Below are positions 39,983 to 54,106 of a stretch of 64,000 bases of DNA, piece by piece. Within the stretch, counting starts at the first letter, position 1. Each line of letters begins with the position of its first letter. The notes beneath the pieces were generated by a model. The model worked only from the letters and a program-made list of their open reading frames with translations. It was not told the origin of the DNA and did not search any database. Both the position numbers and the translations under genes were made by a program. The DNA is from Antedon mediterranea (Eukaryota; Animalia; Echinodermata): contig NC_092672.1 of the NCBI RefSeq assembly GCF_964355755.1, forward strand, positions 25,736,437 to 25,800,436, given 5' to 3'.

Positions 39983-40745
39983 AATACTTTTTATTCCAAT
40001 CTTATTTAAATGATTGTTTTCTTGCCTGTAGTGGGGAACATACTAAATCAATAATATTATTATAATGTATTTGATCCAGAAAGAACTTCAGTATCAGAAT
40101 TATCCTGTTGGTAAGCTCTCTTTTATGATTTCATTTAATTTTATATTTTTTTAATTGTAAAAAGTGAATTTTCATCATGGACCAATCAAATATCTTGTTT
40201 CGCTTATGATTTTGTATATTCTTTGAAATGTACGCATTTTGCATTTTTTCTGTTTTCTTTTAAAGACTTCCTTTAAAAACAATTATATAACAATCATAAT
40301 ATAATTATATAATAATTATATAATAATCATATATAATGTAAAGAGGGACTACAGCGACAGGCCCATTGGGCCTTTTGTAGTCTCTCGACTATATATATTA
40401 TATGCCAACCATTGTTATGATATAATATTTTTGATCAATAAATGTTTCTTGAATTGAATTGAATATCTCGTTGTCATTTACTCGGACCTTCAAAAAATTA
40501 AATATCGTTTATACGAAATCAGGTCTAAACAACAGAGGGCGTTATAATATTTAGACAAGTACAATCAATCAATCAATCCATTTATTTGGAAATTGCACCT
40601 TTACATCGGTGGCACACACATGAAGTGGTGCATCCATATTGAACACAATTAACATAAAATGACGGATACGGATACTTAATTAAATTAAAATTAGTACTAC
40701 TGTATATACTGTGGCCCATAGAGGGCGCTACTCAAGTATTTTATT

Positions 40746-41558
40746 CAGAGCCATTATATAAAGAGTTACGACATTGGATTATAGTCACGTGATATGCAGG
40801 TCAATTTGTGTCAAACTTGTCTCCGTTAATGCATGTAAAGTATAGGAGCAAGAAAATACTTTAAACTTTTTCTTATATTTAAAAAAATGTAATTTCACAT
40901 TTTACGGTGAAATATCGATGTGCACAGCGTACTTGCGGCAAAGAATATTTCGCGCGCGTGCGCTAGTACATTATAAAGTTCGATTGATTGATTTTGGAAC
41001 GAAACATCCCATAACTACGTCCTATTAATAACAATTATGTAATATTTTCAATCCATAATGTATGCTTTGATGACTAAATAAAATAATAAAGTGTCGTGGA
41101 TATATTTGTTAATATATTGAATAGGGTATGAACAATATTAAAATAATAAAGGCAAATTATTACAAATAAAATGATGAACGAGTCTCTGAAAGTTTGTGTC
41201 AAAAACACACAGAGAGCCATATACTGTATAAAAAGAGGGGTGAATTTGTGTGTTTTTTGTATTGGTTCATGCTTTGATGTATCCTGACTTGCATGTAGGC
41301 CCTAGCATTTATTCTTTTGTTATTATAGACACAATATATATTTGTTACCAAATTAATACCATTAATAAAATTAATTACTAAATAAAAACGGAATATAAGC
41401 GTTATTTCATAGACAAAACAAATATAAAAATAACGCATGAACTACAGGAATACGCCATACAAAATAGACGCGCGCACCCTCAGCGTGCGAATTCTTTGAC
41501 ACAAAAATGGCTTCTAATTTTCAATGTCGTAACTCTTTATATATATAATATAGCTCTG
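40746..41558. mobile_element. TIR MITE (P/hAT-like) with an 8-bp TSD
   Basis: CAGAGC...TATATAAAGAGTTACGACATT and its inverse at the right end. TSD ATTTTATT at 40738-45 and 41559-66. Confidence 0.75.
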
Positions 41559-42094
41559 ATTTTATTGCTATTATATTATTAGTAAACATGGCAGTTGGTC
41601 AGACGTGCCAAATGTGCAAAATACGATGCCAACTCATTATTTCATATTACATGAATTAATTATCACACCATAAACATTTTGTGGACCGAAATTCTTTAGC
41701 ATTTTTCTTTCTTATTTTTCGATTATTTAGCCTAATGTAGGCCTAATAATAATATAATATAGGCCCTAATACAAATTGATATTTTGGGATATTTTTTTGT
41801 TTATCCAAAATATCGGAAGTAAATTGCATTTATCGGAAAATGAATCAAATTATTGAGGGAGGCACACTTTTGAACGATTTTTCTAAAAAAAATGATATAT
41901 AATTATTATATTATATGTAATTAATATCAAAATATTATTACCAAACAACTCAGCCAACAGAATAAAAATGCGGGATAGCCGATCAATTCGGCCGCCATTC
42001 ACTCTAAGGCCCTTAACCTTAATAATAATAATTATTATTAATAATTAATGTTGTGCAGACATAGGCCTATGCTAGCTAGGCCTAGTCAAGCTAT

Positions 42095-44777
42095 TAGTGG
42101 GGAACCTAATGTTCCAAAAATCAGTTCCGTGAGATTTTAATGCTCAAGTTGAGTTCTTGGCAGTTTTGGAATCCTTGGGACCAGCAGAATTCATTGCAAC
42201 AGGGGGCCAATTTTTCCCGACCCTATTTTGGCCGCCATCTTGGATTTCAAAATGGCCCCCATTTTTTACTCAAAACTGATAGTAGCTCCTATTTTAAACC
42301 ACGTACGAACGTAATTTGTGTGATAAATCTTACAATATTTTGATAAATCAGTCCAATGGTACAATTTATAATAATAGCATATGGCAGCCATATTGAATTC
42401 CAAGATGGCCGCCATTAAAAACATATATAATGTATGCATTTTATAGTCAGGGTCCTCGTGTATTTCCGTAGGATTTTAATGCCCAAAGTAAGATTTCACT
42501 TCTTTAATATGGTGGTAGGATACCAAAAATGCTAGGTAACCAATTTTCACGATCCCGTAACCATGGTAACAGCCCCAAGATCAAAATGGCTCCCAATTGG
42601 CCCTATCTCCGTATCCCTTTGGTCTATCAACAAGATATTGGTATCAAAATACTCGGAGCGTATATATTTATATTCATTGTAATGGAACATTTTGACGAAA
42701 TGTAATAGGAAATGCTATTTTTCTGCACTATTGACCTTTGACCTTGACTTTCATTGTATCTAAAAAACGGCTGGTCATTGAAATTTAAAAATGGTCTCAA
42801 ATTGCTGAGACCATACATATTCATATTTATTGTAATGCAACATTTTGTTAGAAAATGACCGGAAGTAAAGTTATTGACCTTTGACCTAATAAACATGAAC
42901 TTGATATATACAATAATCGGCAATTATTTGTGGTAGGTATTAAACAATGGGTTTATAAATATTATTATCATTTGAATATCTAATTTCTAATTCACATACT
43001 TAGTTTTTATATATTTATAAATATTAATCAATCAATACCATGCATTTATTGTGTCAGCATTCTCGTCCCATTCTTTCCATTAAGACAGTCAAAGGAGTGA
43101 GTGTGGTTGATTCTTAAACTTTGTACCTTTCCATTTTATTTCCTAATGCTTGTTTTTCTTGAAACAATTTCATATATATAGGTTTCTTATACATTGAACT
43201 GCTGCCGGCCATACATTATTACGTGTTCGTAGATGATAATTTGATTGCTTGGTTCAGTTGCTTGATTAGACGTTCCTTGGGGTTGCTTCTTTGATGTGTC
43301 GATATAAGAAGTAATCTTCCAATGCTAACATTGACTGCCATTTTGTAGTTATATCGCCAACCCAAGGAATCATTTTAGATTAGATAGAGTGAGATTGTTA
43401 GAAGTGACCAAGAGGTTTTGGATGTTTACAGCATTTTATGTTCCCTTCAAGCTACTAAATGTGTTTAGTTTCATTTTTTTTCAAGGAGACCACAACCAGA
43501 CTTTGCTCACAAACTTCAAAAAGCTTTCTTTTTTTATCATCTCTGTTTAAGATATATTTCTTGACTTCATTTGAAATTATTACTAAGACAATGTTTAAAA
43601 AAAGTGTTGATTTTGTTATGAATGTATTTTGATAAAATCTTGAAGGATTTGTGTGTTTTGTGTTTAAAGAGTGAATTCGATGGGAAATCCAGTTCGATTT
43701 CCTCATTTTGAGTAATGCCGCCAACAAGACCACCAACCCATTTTAACTATGTTCCTTCTGTTCCTTCCTGATCCGGGAAAAGAGAACTATTTAAATACAG
43801 ATTTTTTTTCTTTACATTCAAATTAATTACATTCTTTTATTCTCTGTTACTTAGTAATCTACATCAAGCCAAGCTGGTTCATTATGTGAATTAAAAATTA
43901 GCTATTCAAATGATAATAATATGTATAAATCCATTGTTTAATACCTACCACAAATAATTGCCGATTATTGTATACATCAAGTTCAATGTTTATTAGGTCA
44001 GAGGTCAATAACTTTACTTCCGGTCATTTTCTAACAAAATGTTGCATTACAATAAATATGAATATGTATGGTTTCAGTAATTTGAGACCATTTTTAAATT
44101 TCAATGACCAGCCGTTTTTTAGATACAATGAAAGTCAAGGTCAAAGGTCAATAGTGCAGAAAAATAGCATTTCCTATTACATTTCGTCAAAATGTTCCAT
44201 TACAATGAATATAAATATATACGCTCCGAGTATTTTGATACCAATATCTTGTTGATAGACCAAAGGGATACGGAGATAGGGCCAATTGGGAGCCATTTTG
44301 ATCTTGGGGCTGTTACCATGGTTACGGGATCGTGAAAATTGGTTACCTAGCATTTTTGGTATCCTACCACCATATTAAAGAAGTGAAATCTTACTTTGGG
44401 CATTAAAATCCTACGGAAATACACGAGGACCTTGACTATAAAATGCATACATTATATACGTTTTTAATGGCGGCCATCTTGGAATTCAATATGGCTGCCA
44501 TATGCTATTATTATAAATTGTACCATTGGACTGATTTATCATCATATTGTAAGATTTATCACACAAATTACGTTCGTACGTGGTTTATAATAGGAGCTAC
44601 TATCACTTTTGAGTAAAAAATGGGGGCCATTTTGAAATCCAAGATGGCGGCCAAAATGGGGTCGGGAAAAATTGGCCCCCAGTTGCAATGAATTCTGCTG
44701 GTCCCAAGGATTCCAAAACTGCCAAGAACTCAACTTGAGCATTAAAATCTCACGGAATTACATTAGGTTCCCCACTA
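42095..44777. mobile_element. Academ-type non-autonomous DNA transposon with ~900-bp TIRs
   Basis: Arms 42095-42998 and 43883-44777 are near-identical inverted copies. Termini are TAG...CTA. 3-bp TSD TAT at 42092-94 and 44778-80. GGCCGCCATCTTGG motifs inside the arms. Confidence 0.8.
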
Positions 44778-44780
44778 TAT

Positions 44781-45295
44781 GCCTTGCTTGCCCTAGCTAA
44801 CTAGCCTAGCCTAATATATAGCCTGGCCTACCCTCTAGTATCTATAGGCCCCTACCTAAATAATAATAATATATTGCGAGTTTAAATAAGCGTACGTACC
44901 AGATTGCCAGCCTAGTAGGCTAGGCCTATTTTTATACTTGGCCTATCCTATTATATACTCCTAGCTTGCTAGCTAGGGCTAGGCTAGGGCCTAGCCTAGG
45001 CCTAGCTAGCTAGCTAGGTAGGAAGGAGGCCTAGGCCTAGATCTAATATTTAATAATACTACCAGCTACATTTCCTGCATATGGGCCTAGGCCTAGTGTT
45101 AGTTAATATAGGCATACTGTAGTCTAGGTAGGACCTAGCTAGTAGTATTGTAGCTAGTCTGAGCCTACATGTAGGCTAGTAGTAGGCCTAGGCTAGTAGT
45201 AGGCCTAGCTAGGCCTAGCGCAGGCTAGCCCAGCCTACGCTAGGCTGGCTTGAGGCATACATACAAATAATAGGCTAGGCTAGGCCTAGCCTAGT
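44781..45295. repeat. Low-complexity TAGGCCTA/CTAG-rich tract
   Basis: Dense irregular taggcc/ctag/agct palindromic words. Confidence 0.8.
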
Positions 45296-48200
45296 AATAT
45301 TCTGGTTGTTTCTTTTTTACTTCAATTACCTGCAAATTATTTGCATTCTCTCTCATTTTCATAATATATAAACATGGCTCGTGGGTGGTGTGATGTCCGT
45401 GTAGTCTTTCTATAGCATGCAGAAAAGAGAGGGGGAGAGGAGGAGGAGGCTGCATGCAGAGGTAGAGAGTGCATGCTAGCTGGAACAAGAGAATCACGCA
45501 TACGTACGTGTGTGCGCGCTTTTGTCGCGTATACGAAGTCGTCGTGCGCGTGATGTGTGGCCCCCCTCTGGGGGAAAAAGATAGGGACAATAATATGAAA
45601 AACAAAATTACTATAACAAATCATAATGTTTATTCATTTATTGTTTAAAAATATTGATTGATGAGATTTTTATTTAAAAAAAGGTGAATTGGGGTACAGT
45701 ACACGTCAGTAGAGAGGTTTCGCAACTCTACAATAATACGACAAAGAAAACGAATACGAACAAGTTGCGAATCAGCGATAGTCCAGTAGAGCAGCATGGA
45801 ATATTCATTAGTCCATGAGTAAAGATAAGTCAAAATTGCAACAGAATATTGTTTTTGTTTTGTCTGGTAAATATATATTAAAGTATCTCTTCGGAGATCC
45901 CGCCTCGTGAATAAAAATACTGAAAGATGAGGGCGTATAAATTTGATCTCTGGTGGGCGTCGTGCGTACAATTGAGGACTAGTGCTATTCCGCCGTACCA
46001 CGCCGAGAATGTTAAAGAGTCGCTATCCAATCGAGTTTGAACAATACCATGAAAGCCCCAGTAGTTACCAAGTTACGCAAAGTCCTAACTTTGACCATAT
46101 TGACCTTTTGGCCCCTGCACTGACCAAGCATCCCAATTTTGTTTTCGCCCAAGTAACGAAGTAATAAACATTAATCAGTTTGCTAAAGGGTGCAAGAAAC
46201 CCCTTTCTATCTCCCCAAGTATAAAGGCTCATATATATATTTAAAAAAAAAGAGATTCTTAAGTCTTTAAAGTCTGGGGTTAATAATTCGACCCCATTCC
46301 AAATATGGATTGAATCACAGTTTTAGTATCCAAAGTCCATACATCGAAAATGTAAGAGTTGGCGCCTGTAAAATACTTCCACCATAAATGTATGCACAGC
46401 AAGTTAATTTTGGACTAAACTGTTTTTGCTTCGAATGTAATTCATCATCCCTCTGTTTTTTTGCAAGTATGTGCAGAGAGTTACAAAGATGTTGCAAAAT
46501 ATTCCACTATTATTTTTTGTTTCTTCTGTTTTAAAACGCAATTGTTTTTTTAATGATGGCAAAGTAATAGATTTAATAGATCCCCATCTGCATTCAAAGT
46601 TTCTATTGATTTTTTTCTGACAAGGAAGTTGAAAACTGCTGGTTGTCGACAAATTAAATACTGTTACAGTCATTGATTTATCTAAATTCTTGACTATGTG
46701 CACAATACATTTGGGTTGATTTTTAAAGATTCGAAGCTTTTGATTTTGTTTATCAACATTAAGTTTTAATAGTCACATAAATTTTAAAATGGTTCTCACG
46801 GCAGTAAAAACAACAATAGATTAATATCGTTTTATTATTTAACAATTCATCGAATTAATACAGATTATTATTTAAATTATTAAATTAATTAATAAGATAA
46901 ACCTGCAAAAGACAAATAATCAGAGCTTTAAGCCTGGTTTCACCAGAACAAATGTACTTCTACGACTAGTATAATAATTGTATCAAATAATAATACAGTA
47001 TCACATTTTGATTGTGAAATAACCAGTCAATAATAATAATAATAATATAGAAATATAAAAACAATGACTTGTTGCTGTATATTGTTAGAATTTAGTATAC
47101 AAATGCAAATAGCCCGTTTTGGAAGTTTGTCTAAATTAGAAATCATGTGTGGAAGTCCATGGTCAAAGTTTTGTAAATAAATTTACGTAAGAGCAAAATT
47201 CGGTAAATCGCGTAACTTATAAATTATTGTACTCAATGTAAGTCGGTAGACACTTTCGGTACTGATTTTTAAAACCTAATATAAACCTGTTTACCGATTA
47301 AGTTTAGTTAGATAATCGGTTATTGACGATTAAAACGAAATTCGGTTAAACGATTTTCACCAAAAAGGGATGTTTTCCGAACTGTGTAATATTCGATATA
47401 GATTTGTTTGGATTGCAATTAGATCTTCCATTGGAGAAAAGTGTTGAAGCCTATATTCAGTTTTGAATTGTTTATATTTTTAGTGATAGTTTATTAAGTT
47501 TAAGCCAGTCAGATACATATTTTATTAGCCTATTTAAATTTCTAAGGGTGTTGTAGACAAGATAAGAGGAAATGTTTGTATCGTCAGCAAACATGAATGA
47601 TATTGATCTAATGAGAACATGGAGAGAACCAAGCATGGATTCTTAAGGAACACTGCATGTTATAGGAAGAATATTATGAAGAGTACAATTCGAAGGAGGT
47701 GGATTGTTGTCTGTTTTTAAAGTCGTTCGAGCATTTGAGAAAAAAAGGGCAAAATAGAGACTTCAATATCCTGGTATTTTTCAACGGAATGAGACTCATT
47801 TTTCGTTATTAATTAGAATTATTATACTTCGGCAATAAATTGTAAAGATGAAGGAAATACAAAATTAAATATATTAGTAGGAAGTCTGAATAAAAGGTAC
47901 ATTTTCATTTTTAGTTGGTTTAATATTTATTTCATTTTGTAATTATTCATGCAAATACAAAATATAATAGGAATCAAAACATTAACAAACACGACATAAG
48001 GAGATAAGATATCATAGTCAGTCGCTGCAGAAAAGCACAACAGCAGCCGAAGCCACACTTATGTGTGTACCTCCAACTAAAGGCTACTAAATATAAAGTA
48101 ATAATATCATCGAGGCCGGTACTTTGGATTAGAAATAATGTTAATGAATTTCTCAACTCAGATGTGGGAAGAAAGAAAATATATTTTTTAGTAGAATTCC

Positions 48201-49560
48201 TTATTTCTAGAAGTAGCTTGGATTTTAGAAGACAGTTTGGGTCCTATTTCAGTAAGAATGTGATTGAATTTAGTGGCAAATTGAGATTGTTGTACCATTA
48301 TCTGTAAAATAATTAGGTAGTGTCTTTTTTGTTTTTACAGAGAATTCTAGATTTTCAAGGTTTAAAGTCGGATTTTGAAATTTAAAAGAATACATATTAA
48401 TATTAATGAACTTCAATTGTAAAATTGTTATCGTATTGGTACTCACAGCAACAGTTTTTGCATTAAATGGGGAAAATCCATCTCTCGGTGGTGCTTGTAA
48501 GGAAAGGAGTGCGACTACTGTATAATGTTTACATAGATGATCTGAATATAGCATTTAGTAGAATATTGTCCTCACTAATTTAAGTTATGCTGATGAAATG
48601 ACCATTATGGCTCCATCTTTTTATGGATTAAAAAATATGGTTGATAGCAGTATGAACATTATATAACGCAAACAAATCTAGTGGTATCTAATATTTTATG
48701 CTAAATAATGATATATTATCTTACGTCAATGAAGTGACTTATCTAGGACATATTTTACGTAATAATTTAGGTCATTATGATGTCATTAATCGCGCCAGTA
48801 TAATCGCGCTCTTTGCATTCGTTCGTTCGCTGGTTCTTGCGCTGCATTACATGCGTGGTGGCTCAAGCGTCGCACTTGGGGCGAGTCACTTTAGAAATAC
48901 TTTTGGTATGTTTTTTCTTGTATTTTTTTCTTGCAATATTTTTATGTAGGCCTACAGCTTTCGTAACTCATTTCATTTTTACGGTATTTTAACAAATTGT
49001 AAATAAGTGCCTCAATTCAAATTTTTGGCCATTTTTTTTAGATTATATTTTTGATGTTTGTATATTGAAATAAAGATACCGATATATTTTTTATTTATAT
49101 GGATTATTCTGAAATAAAGTGATCAATCAATCAATTGCTTCATATATTTTTGGCCTCAAGTTTGATATTGTATATTAATTAACGAGAAAACTACCTTGAT
49201 AGATATTGAAAATTATGATCTATAACATATGGTCAAATGAACTGCTATATTAAGATTCACATTTTATTTGGCAATCGATAACAATTTTAAAATTTACAAC
49301 ATTTATTACATTTGGCGAGTTTGAACCTAATTTATGAAGATAAAAGTAAGGGATTTTTCCAGGGTGCCACATCATTAACGATTTTTGCAGCCATTTGATT
49401 CTAAAATGTATAAAAACTTGAATACAGTTTAGAATATTAACACCACCTATATAATATTTGAGTTTTTCTGTTTTTTTTAAAAACAGATTACCATATTTTA
49501 ATATTAAGTAGGCCTATGCCAATTATTATTCGAACAATTAAGTAACACATTGACTATAAG

Positions 49561-50066
49561 CAAAGAACTTATAACACAAGAATCTTCTGTTCGTCCGAAG
49601 CGCGTAACAATTTCGAAAGGCATTGTGGGATAGAATAGAGCTATGGGTGGCGCCATTGTGAGCCATGGAGTAGGGCGCCCGCATCAAATTAGAAAGTCAA
49701 AATCATAGAGGGGATCTGCTAATGCTCTAGGGGGGATAGAGTAATTGACTTAGGAGTAGGGCGCCCGCATCAAATTAGAAAGTCAAAATCATAGAGGGGA
49801 TCTGCTAATGCTCTAGGGGGGATAGAGTAATTGACTGAGGAGTAGGGCGCCCGCATCAAATTAGAAAGTCAAAATCATAGAGGGGATCTGCTAATACTCT
49901 AGGAGGGGGGGGGGGGGGTAGAGTAATTGACTTCCTAGTTTGGAGGGGGCGCTGCTCCATGCTGTGAAATGGCGTCGCCCAGTTTGACCTTTTAACCCCG
50001 TACTTCCGATACTGTGTTTTGAATGCAAATTGAAGAAAAGTAGATTCTTGTGTTATAAGTTCTTTG
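49561..50066. mobile_element. P-like MITE with CAAAG ends, a 7-bp TSD and three internal 86-bp tandem units
   Basis: 25-bp perfect TIR CAAAGAACTTATAACACAAGAATCT. TSD CTATAAG at 49554-60 and 50067-73. Units start at 49667, 49753 and 49839. Confidence 0.8.
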
Positions 50067-51220
50067 CTATAAGTATAATTTGTATTCTATATTAGTAATG
50101 TCGTGGTTTGGGAATCCCTCAATATATTGATTTGGTTAATGTGTATCATTAGGGTTTTGTGTAGGTGGGCGTAGCATTTATTCGAAGGAGACATTTATTC
50201 AAATTTTTAAAAGAGTCGGTAACTATGTATTAATTGTTATACTGTTTATAATCTGTTTGTTCGCCTGTTAACAATACATTGATCGTAATAACGATATAGT
50301 ACAGTTTTAATACACAGTTCTTTTTTCTGACATAAATTCATAGGATAAAAACACAATAAAGTACCGTACCGATACGGCAAACTTACTTCTATTGTGGTCC
50401 TAAACAAATAAACAAGAATAAACAAGAAAACCACACTTAATTAACATAATAAACATACATATAGCAAATTAAATTTCTCTCAATCTAAGAATTTCACGAA
50501 AGTAGCCTTTAAATCTCTGTTTAAATAATTGTATTGAAGAGGAGCTTTGAACAAAATAGGGGAGTGAATTCCATAACTGAATTCTTGTTATTAAGAAGGT
50601 TGACCTGTTGTGAGTTCCTATGACTGGAATATGGATCGAAATGCTGTCTCTGGATTGTGATTGTGTCGATGTCTCGTCAGGGTAATTGTATCCAGGTAAG
50701 TTCGAGCACTTTTATTCATTATTTTATACATAATAGTTTCCTCTCCTGTACTATTAGGTCAACTGGTAACCAATTTAAGTGGTAATGTAATTGTTCAATT
50801 TAAACTTTTCATAAGCCTACACTTTTATATATTAGGTAACCAACTTGTGCCAAGACATTTCTAAAATTGTTTATCCATCTTATAATTTCCTAGTTGGGTG
50901 TATGAAATTATAAAAAAAAGTTAATTTTAATTAACTTTTTTAACCAGTCTTAAGAGACTGGTTAGAGATGCAACCATAAAATTATGTTTCTGTTTTTATA
51001 AAATTATTGGTATTTGTATAAATACCATTGTTATGATAATTTAGACACGCCTATTATACAATTATACTTCTGCTATTCTAATGTTACTGTCAATTAGTTA
51101 CCAGAGTCCAGTCTAACAAAATATCTTTATGATAACCTTTTTAGCCTAAAAAATGTGCAATGTCTTAAAAAAATACATCTGCAATTGGCGTTACCATACA
51201 TATTATTGTCATTAAAACCA

Positions 51221-51254
<34 letters not shown>

Positions 51255-52754
51255 AGGACCCAAAAAATCACTTTGCATACATTGTAATGCTATTTTGTGT
51301 GATAATATTACGTTTTAAGGATATGAAATGAAATCATGAATGCTCCATGTCTTTGAATTTGTGTTAGTATGTCAATTAGTTAACATACAATTGCCATTGC
51401 CAACACAACAATGATTACACATTATTGTTGCTATAGCATTTAATTTGGTCTTGAATATTCCCTAATAAATATTGCATAATTATGCCAATGCTATCATTGT
51501 GTTTTATATAATATTTTTCACCAATTCTGTCAATATTTCAAATAGTATAATTTTTCTTGTAATTGTCGAGTAGCTCGCTGTTGGATGCGTATGAAATAAA
51601 TAAATAGATATTGTTGGTATAGTCTTGACTTTGCTATGGTGATTATGACCATCTGAAAAAGGGTATTCTGACATTTAGTTACATAAGGTTTTGACTTTAT
51701 AGGGCAAAATAATTTACTAAAGTTTATTATACTAATTTTTATTTTATTTATTAAATTAAAAAATGATCATATTTGTCTATTCATTTTATTCTTTAATTAA
51801 TTTTAACGTATATATTTTATATAGGCCTACTTGTTTACTTTCCTTTTGTCTCAATTATTGTGAAAAAATCAAAAGAAAATTCGGTTATTTTGAAGTTATA
51901 TGTCTTCATTACAGTTGTTTGTTCTGCGTCTTGTTCTGTTCTTTTTAAAGTTTATGGGCCCCGGCTGCCTTTCACAAGCTTTGACTTTATTAAAATAAAA
52001 TTTCCCCTCTTAGTTAGCAAAAGGATTGTTATTATCATGAATTTATAAGATAAATAATTTCTTATTTAACAAAAAGGCGGAAAAATTGTTGACGCTTCTG
52101 CACATGTGTCTGAAATTAGCATACCTCATGATCAGATGATCATGATCAGATCAGATCACATTATATATATAATGATACTAAATAAATATTTTTCTTTAAA
52201 TAAAAAAGGGCTATAGTTATAACAATCAACGACAACGAATTTTACTTTATATTATTATTTATTTTATATTCTTAACCGAAGCATGTTTATTCAGTCTGAT
52301 ATTATGTAGTATTTATATCTTGGAAACATTAATTTATAACACAATTTGTATGTATACTTGTATGTATGAGTAAAGTACCTGATCGTATAATAGAATTAAG
52401 TTCATTAAAAAATGTTATGAGATACGAGAAGAGTTAGTACCTCATATCATTTTCCACAAGAAATAAATATAAATGTTAAGCCTTTATGATGAAAATTACT
52501 AATATTTTAATAATACAGTAGTAGATAAAAAAATGTGTTTCTCAAACATTTTCGTTTTGAACTTTGGTAGCATGTTTAGAAGCCATCCATTGATAGGATG
52601 GGGAATGAAGATGAACCTTTTTTTAAATCATTGAAGATTGGAAAATGATGTTAGGAAAATGGTTAGAAAAGTAATTATCTTCTTTGTAACGCAAAGGTAT
52701 TTTATAAAAGTCGATCTGGTAAAATTTAAATGTTGTCTGATATTTACATTTTAG

Positions 52755-52836
52755 CTGGTGCCATCCAATGTTACCAATGTGTAGATTGTGATAAACCAAA
52801 AGATAGCATCACCTGCCCAGCATCAGCTGACACATG
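52755..52836 (+). pseudogene. Ly6/uPAR (three-finger) domain exon interrupted by an LTR insertion
   Basis: Polypyrimidine-AG acceptor, phase 1, then (A)GAIQCYQCVDCDKPKDSITCPASADTC, the Cys1-Cys5 pattern of LU domains. The LTR begins inside the fifth Cys codon. Confidence 0.65.
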
Positions 52837-52926
52837 TGTGATGGGTTTGTCACACGGAAGTGAGCCCTCTAGAGTAAAAGAGGTGAGATGAATAAAGATG
52901 GACGACAACTACAACGTGTTTTGTTA

Positions 52927-53696
52927 GGGTGTGTAGAAAGCGACGACCTCGAATTGGACGACCCCAACGACCCGGGCGACCTCGAATTGGACGACCTAGA
53001 ATTGGACGACCCATAACACGAAACCGACGACCCTAGCCTAGCCTAGCCTAGGCCTAAGTGAAATATCGCCATTTCATACTGAATGTGTCGACACGAACAA
53101 ACGAACAGATATGGAACATCATCATTAAAACTGCATTCGATCCGATTAGCACACGAAATACCAGGTCAAAACGGCCCCTTTTTCAGCGGCGGGTGAGAAG
53201 GTTTGACCGTATACAATGCATGTGTGAAATGTAAAGCTTTTCTTATGGCCCTCCCCCCATGCACATGTTCGCAACACGCTGCTTGGTAGGCCTATAGTGT
53301 TCGTTATAAGAAGACCAGATGTAATTATACGTCCATGGTTTAACCATGTAATGTATAATATTTATTTCTTTTTAATTTATTTTTAATATGTCGAATGCAG
53401 TTTTAATGATGCACTCTTGGCGTTCCATATCTGTTCGTTTGTTCGTGTCGACACATTCAGTATGAAATGGCGATTTTCTGTATTTTTTCAATCAATTACT
53501 TGCTTGCGAGTATTATATAAGGTATGGTTTAAAGATCTTTGGCTATGTTCGGCTTCGGGATGTTATACCACACTTAGGCTAGGCTATAGGGGTCGTCGGT
53601 TTCGTGTTATGGGTCGTCCAATTCTAGGTCGTCCAATTCGAGGTCGCCCGGGTCGTTGGGGTCGTCCAATTCGAGGTCGTCGCTTTCTACACACCC
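52927..53696. mobile_element. MULE-type MITE inserted in the 5' LTR
   Basis: ~110-bp TIRs GGGTGTGTAGAAAGCGACGACC... built of GACGACC repeats, plus an inner inverted pair. 10-bp TSD TGTTTTGTTA at 52917-26 and 53697-706. Confidence 0.85.
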
Positions 53697-54106
53697 TGTT
53701 TTGTTATGTTCTTATTGTTGGTTTCAGCCTAACGAGCGAGCCCGTAACAAATTGGGGGTCATCCGTGAACAAAGTACGGAATTGTAGTTGTAGATCGAAC
53801 TGATGGTAATTTTAGTTACTTATTCTAAGCTGGTTTTAGGTTTAGAGGCGTTTTATAACGAACGAGATTTGGCGGTCGTCGAGCCAGTAGTAGTACACTG
53901 TGTTGTTGTTTTAGGCTTGTGTAGGCTTGCCTGTGATACTAGAAGTCGGTTTGGCTTTGATTTTAGGGGTCTAGTTATTGAGACCACGGCGCACGGTAGG
54001 TTTAATACTGTGTGGGCGTGGCAGGTAATTTATTACTGGTGCCTTAATTATCGTCATATTGGTTATTTTAACCTGTGTTTTTGTTTGTTTGTTTCAAATA
54101 GAAACT

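Noticed and set aside
42140-44742. Paired near-identical ORFs (42140-42343/44542-44742 and 42627-42923/43968-44255) as duplicated genes
   Set aside because: They are chance frames mirrored in the two TIR arms and have no recognisable domains.
42095-44777. Polinton/Maverick assignment for the long TIRs
   Set aside because: The TSD is 3 bp with TAG termini, not 6 bp with AG-repeat termini, and there are no polB or integrase remnants.
45291-48949. Cluster of 60-118 aa ORFs
   Set aside because: No recognisable motifs or consistent splice structure; compatible with random ORFs in AT-rich repeat-derived DNA.
50470-50735. Possible exon with GT donors upstream of the Ly6 exon
   Set aside because: The minus strand reads like a decayed LINE RT C-terminus (LWNSLP-type motif), not a signal peptide.
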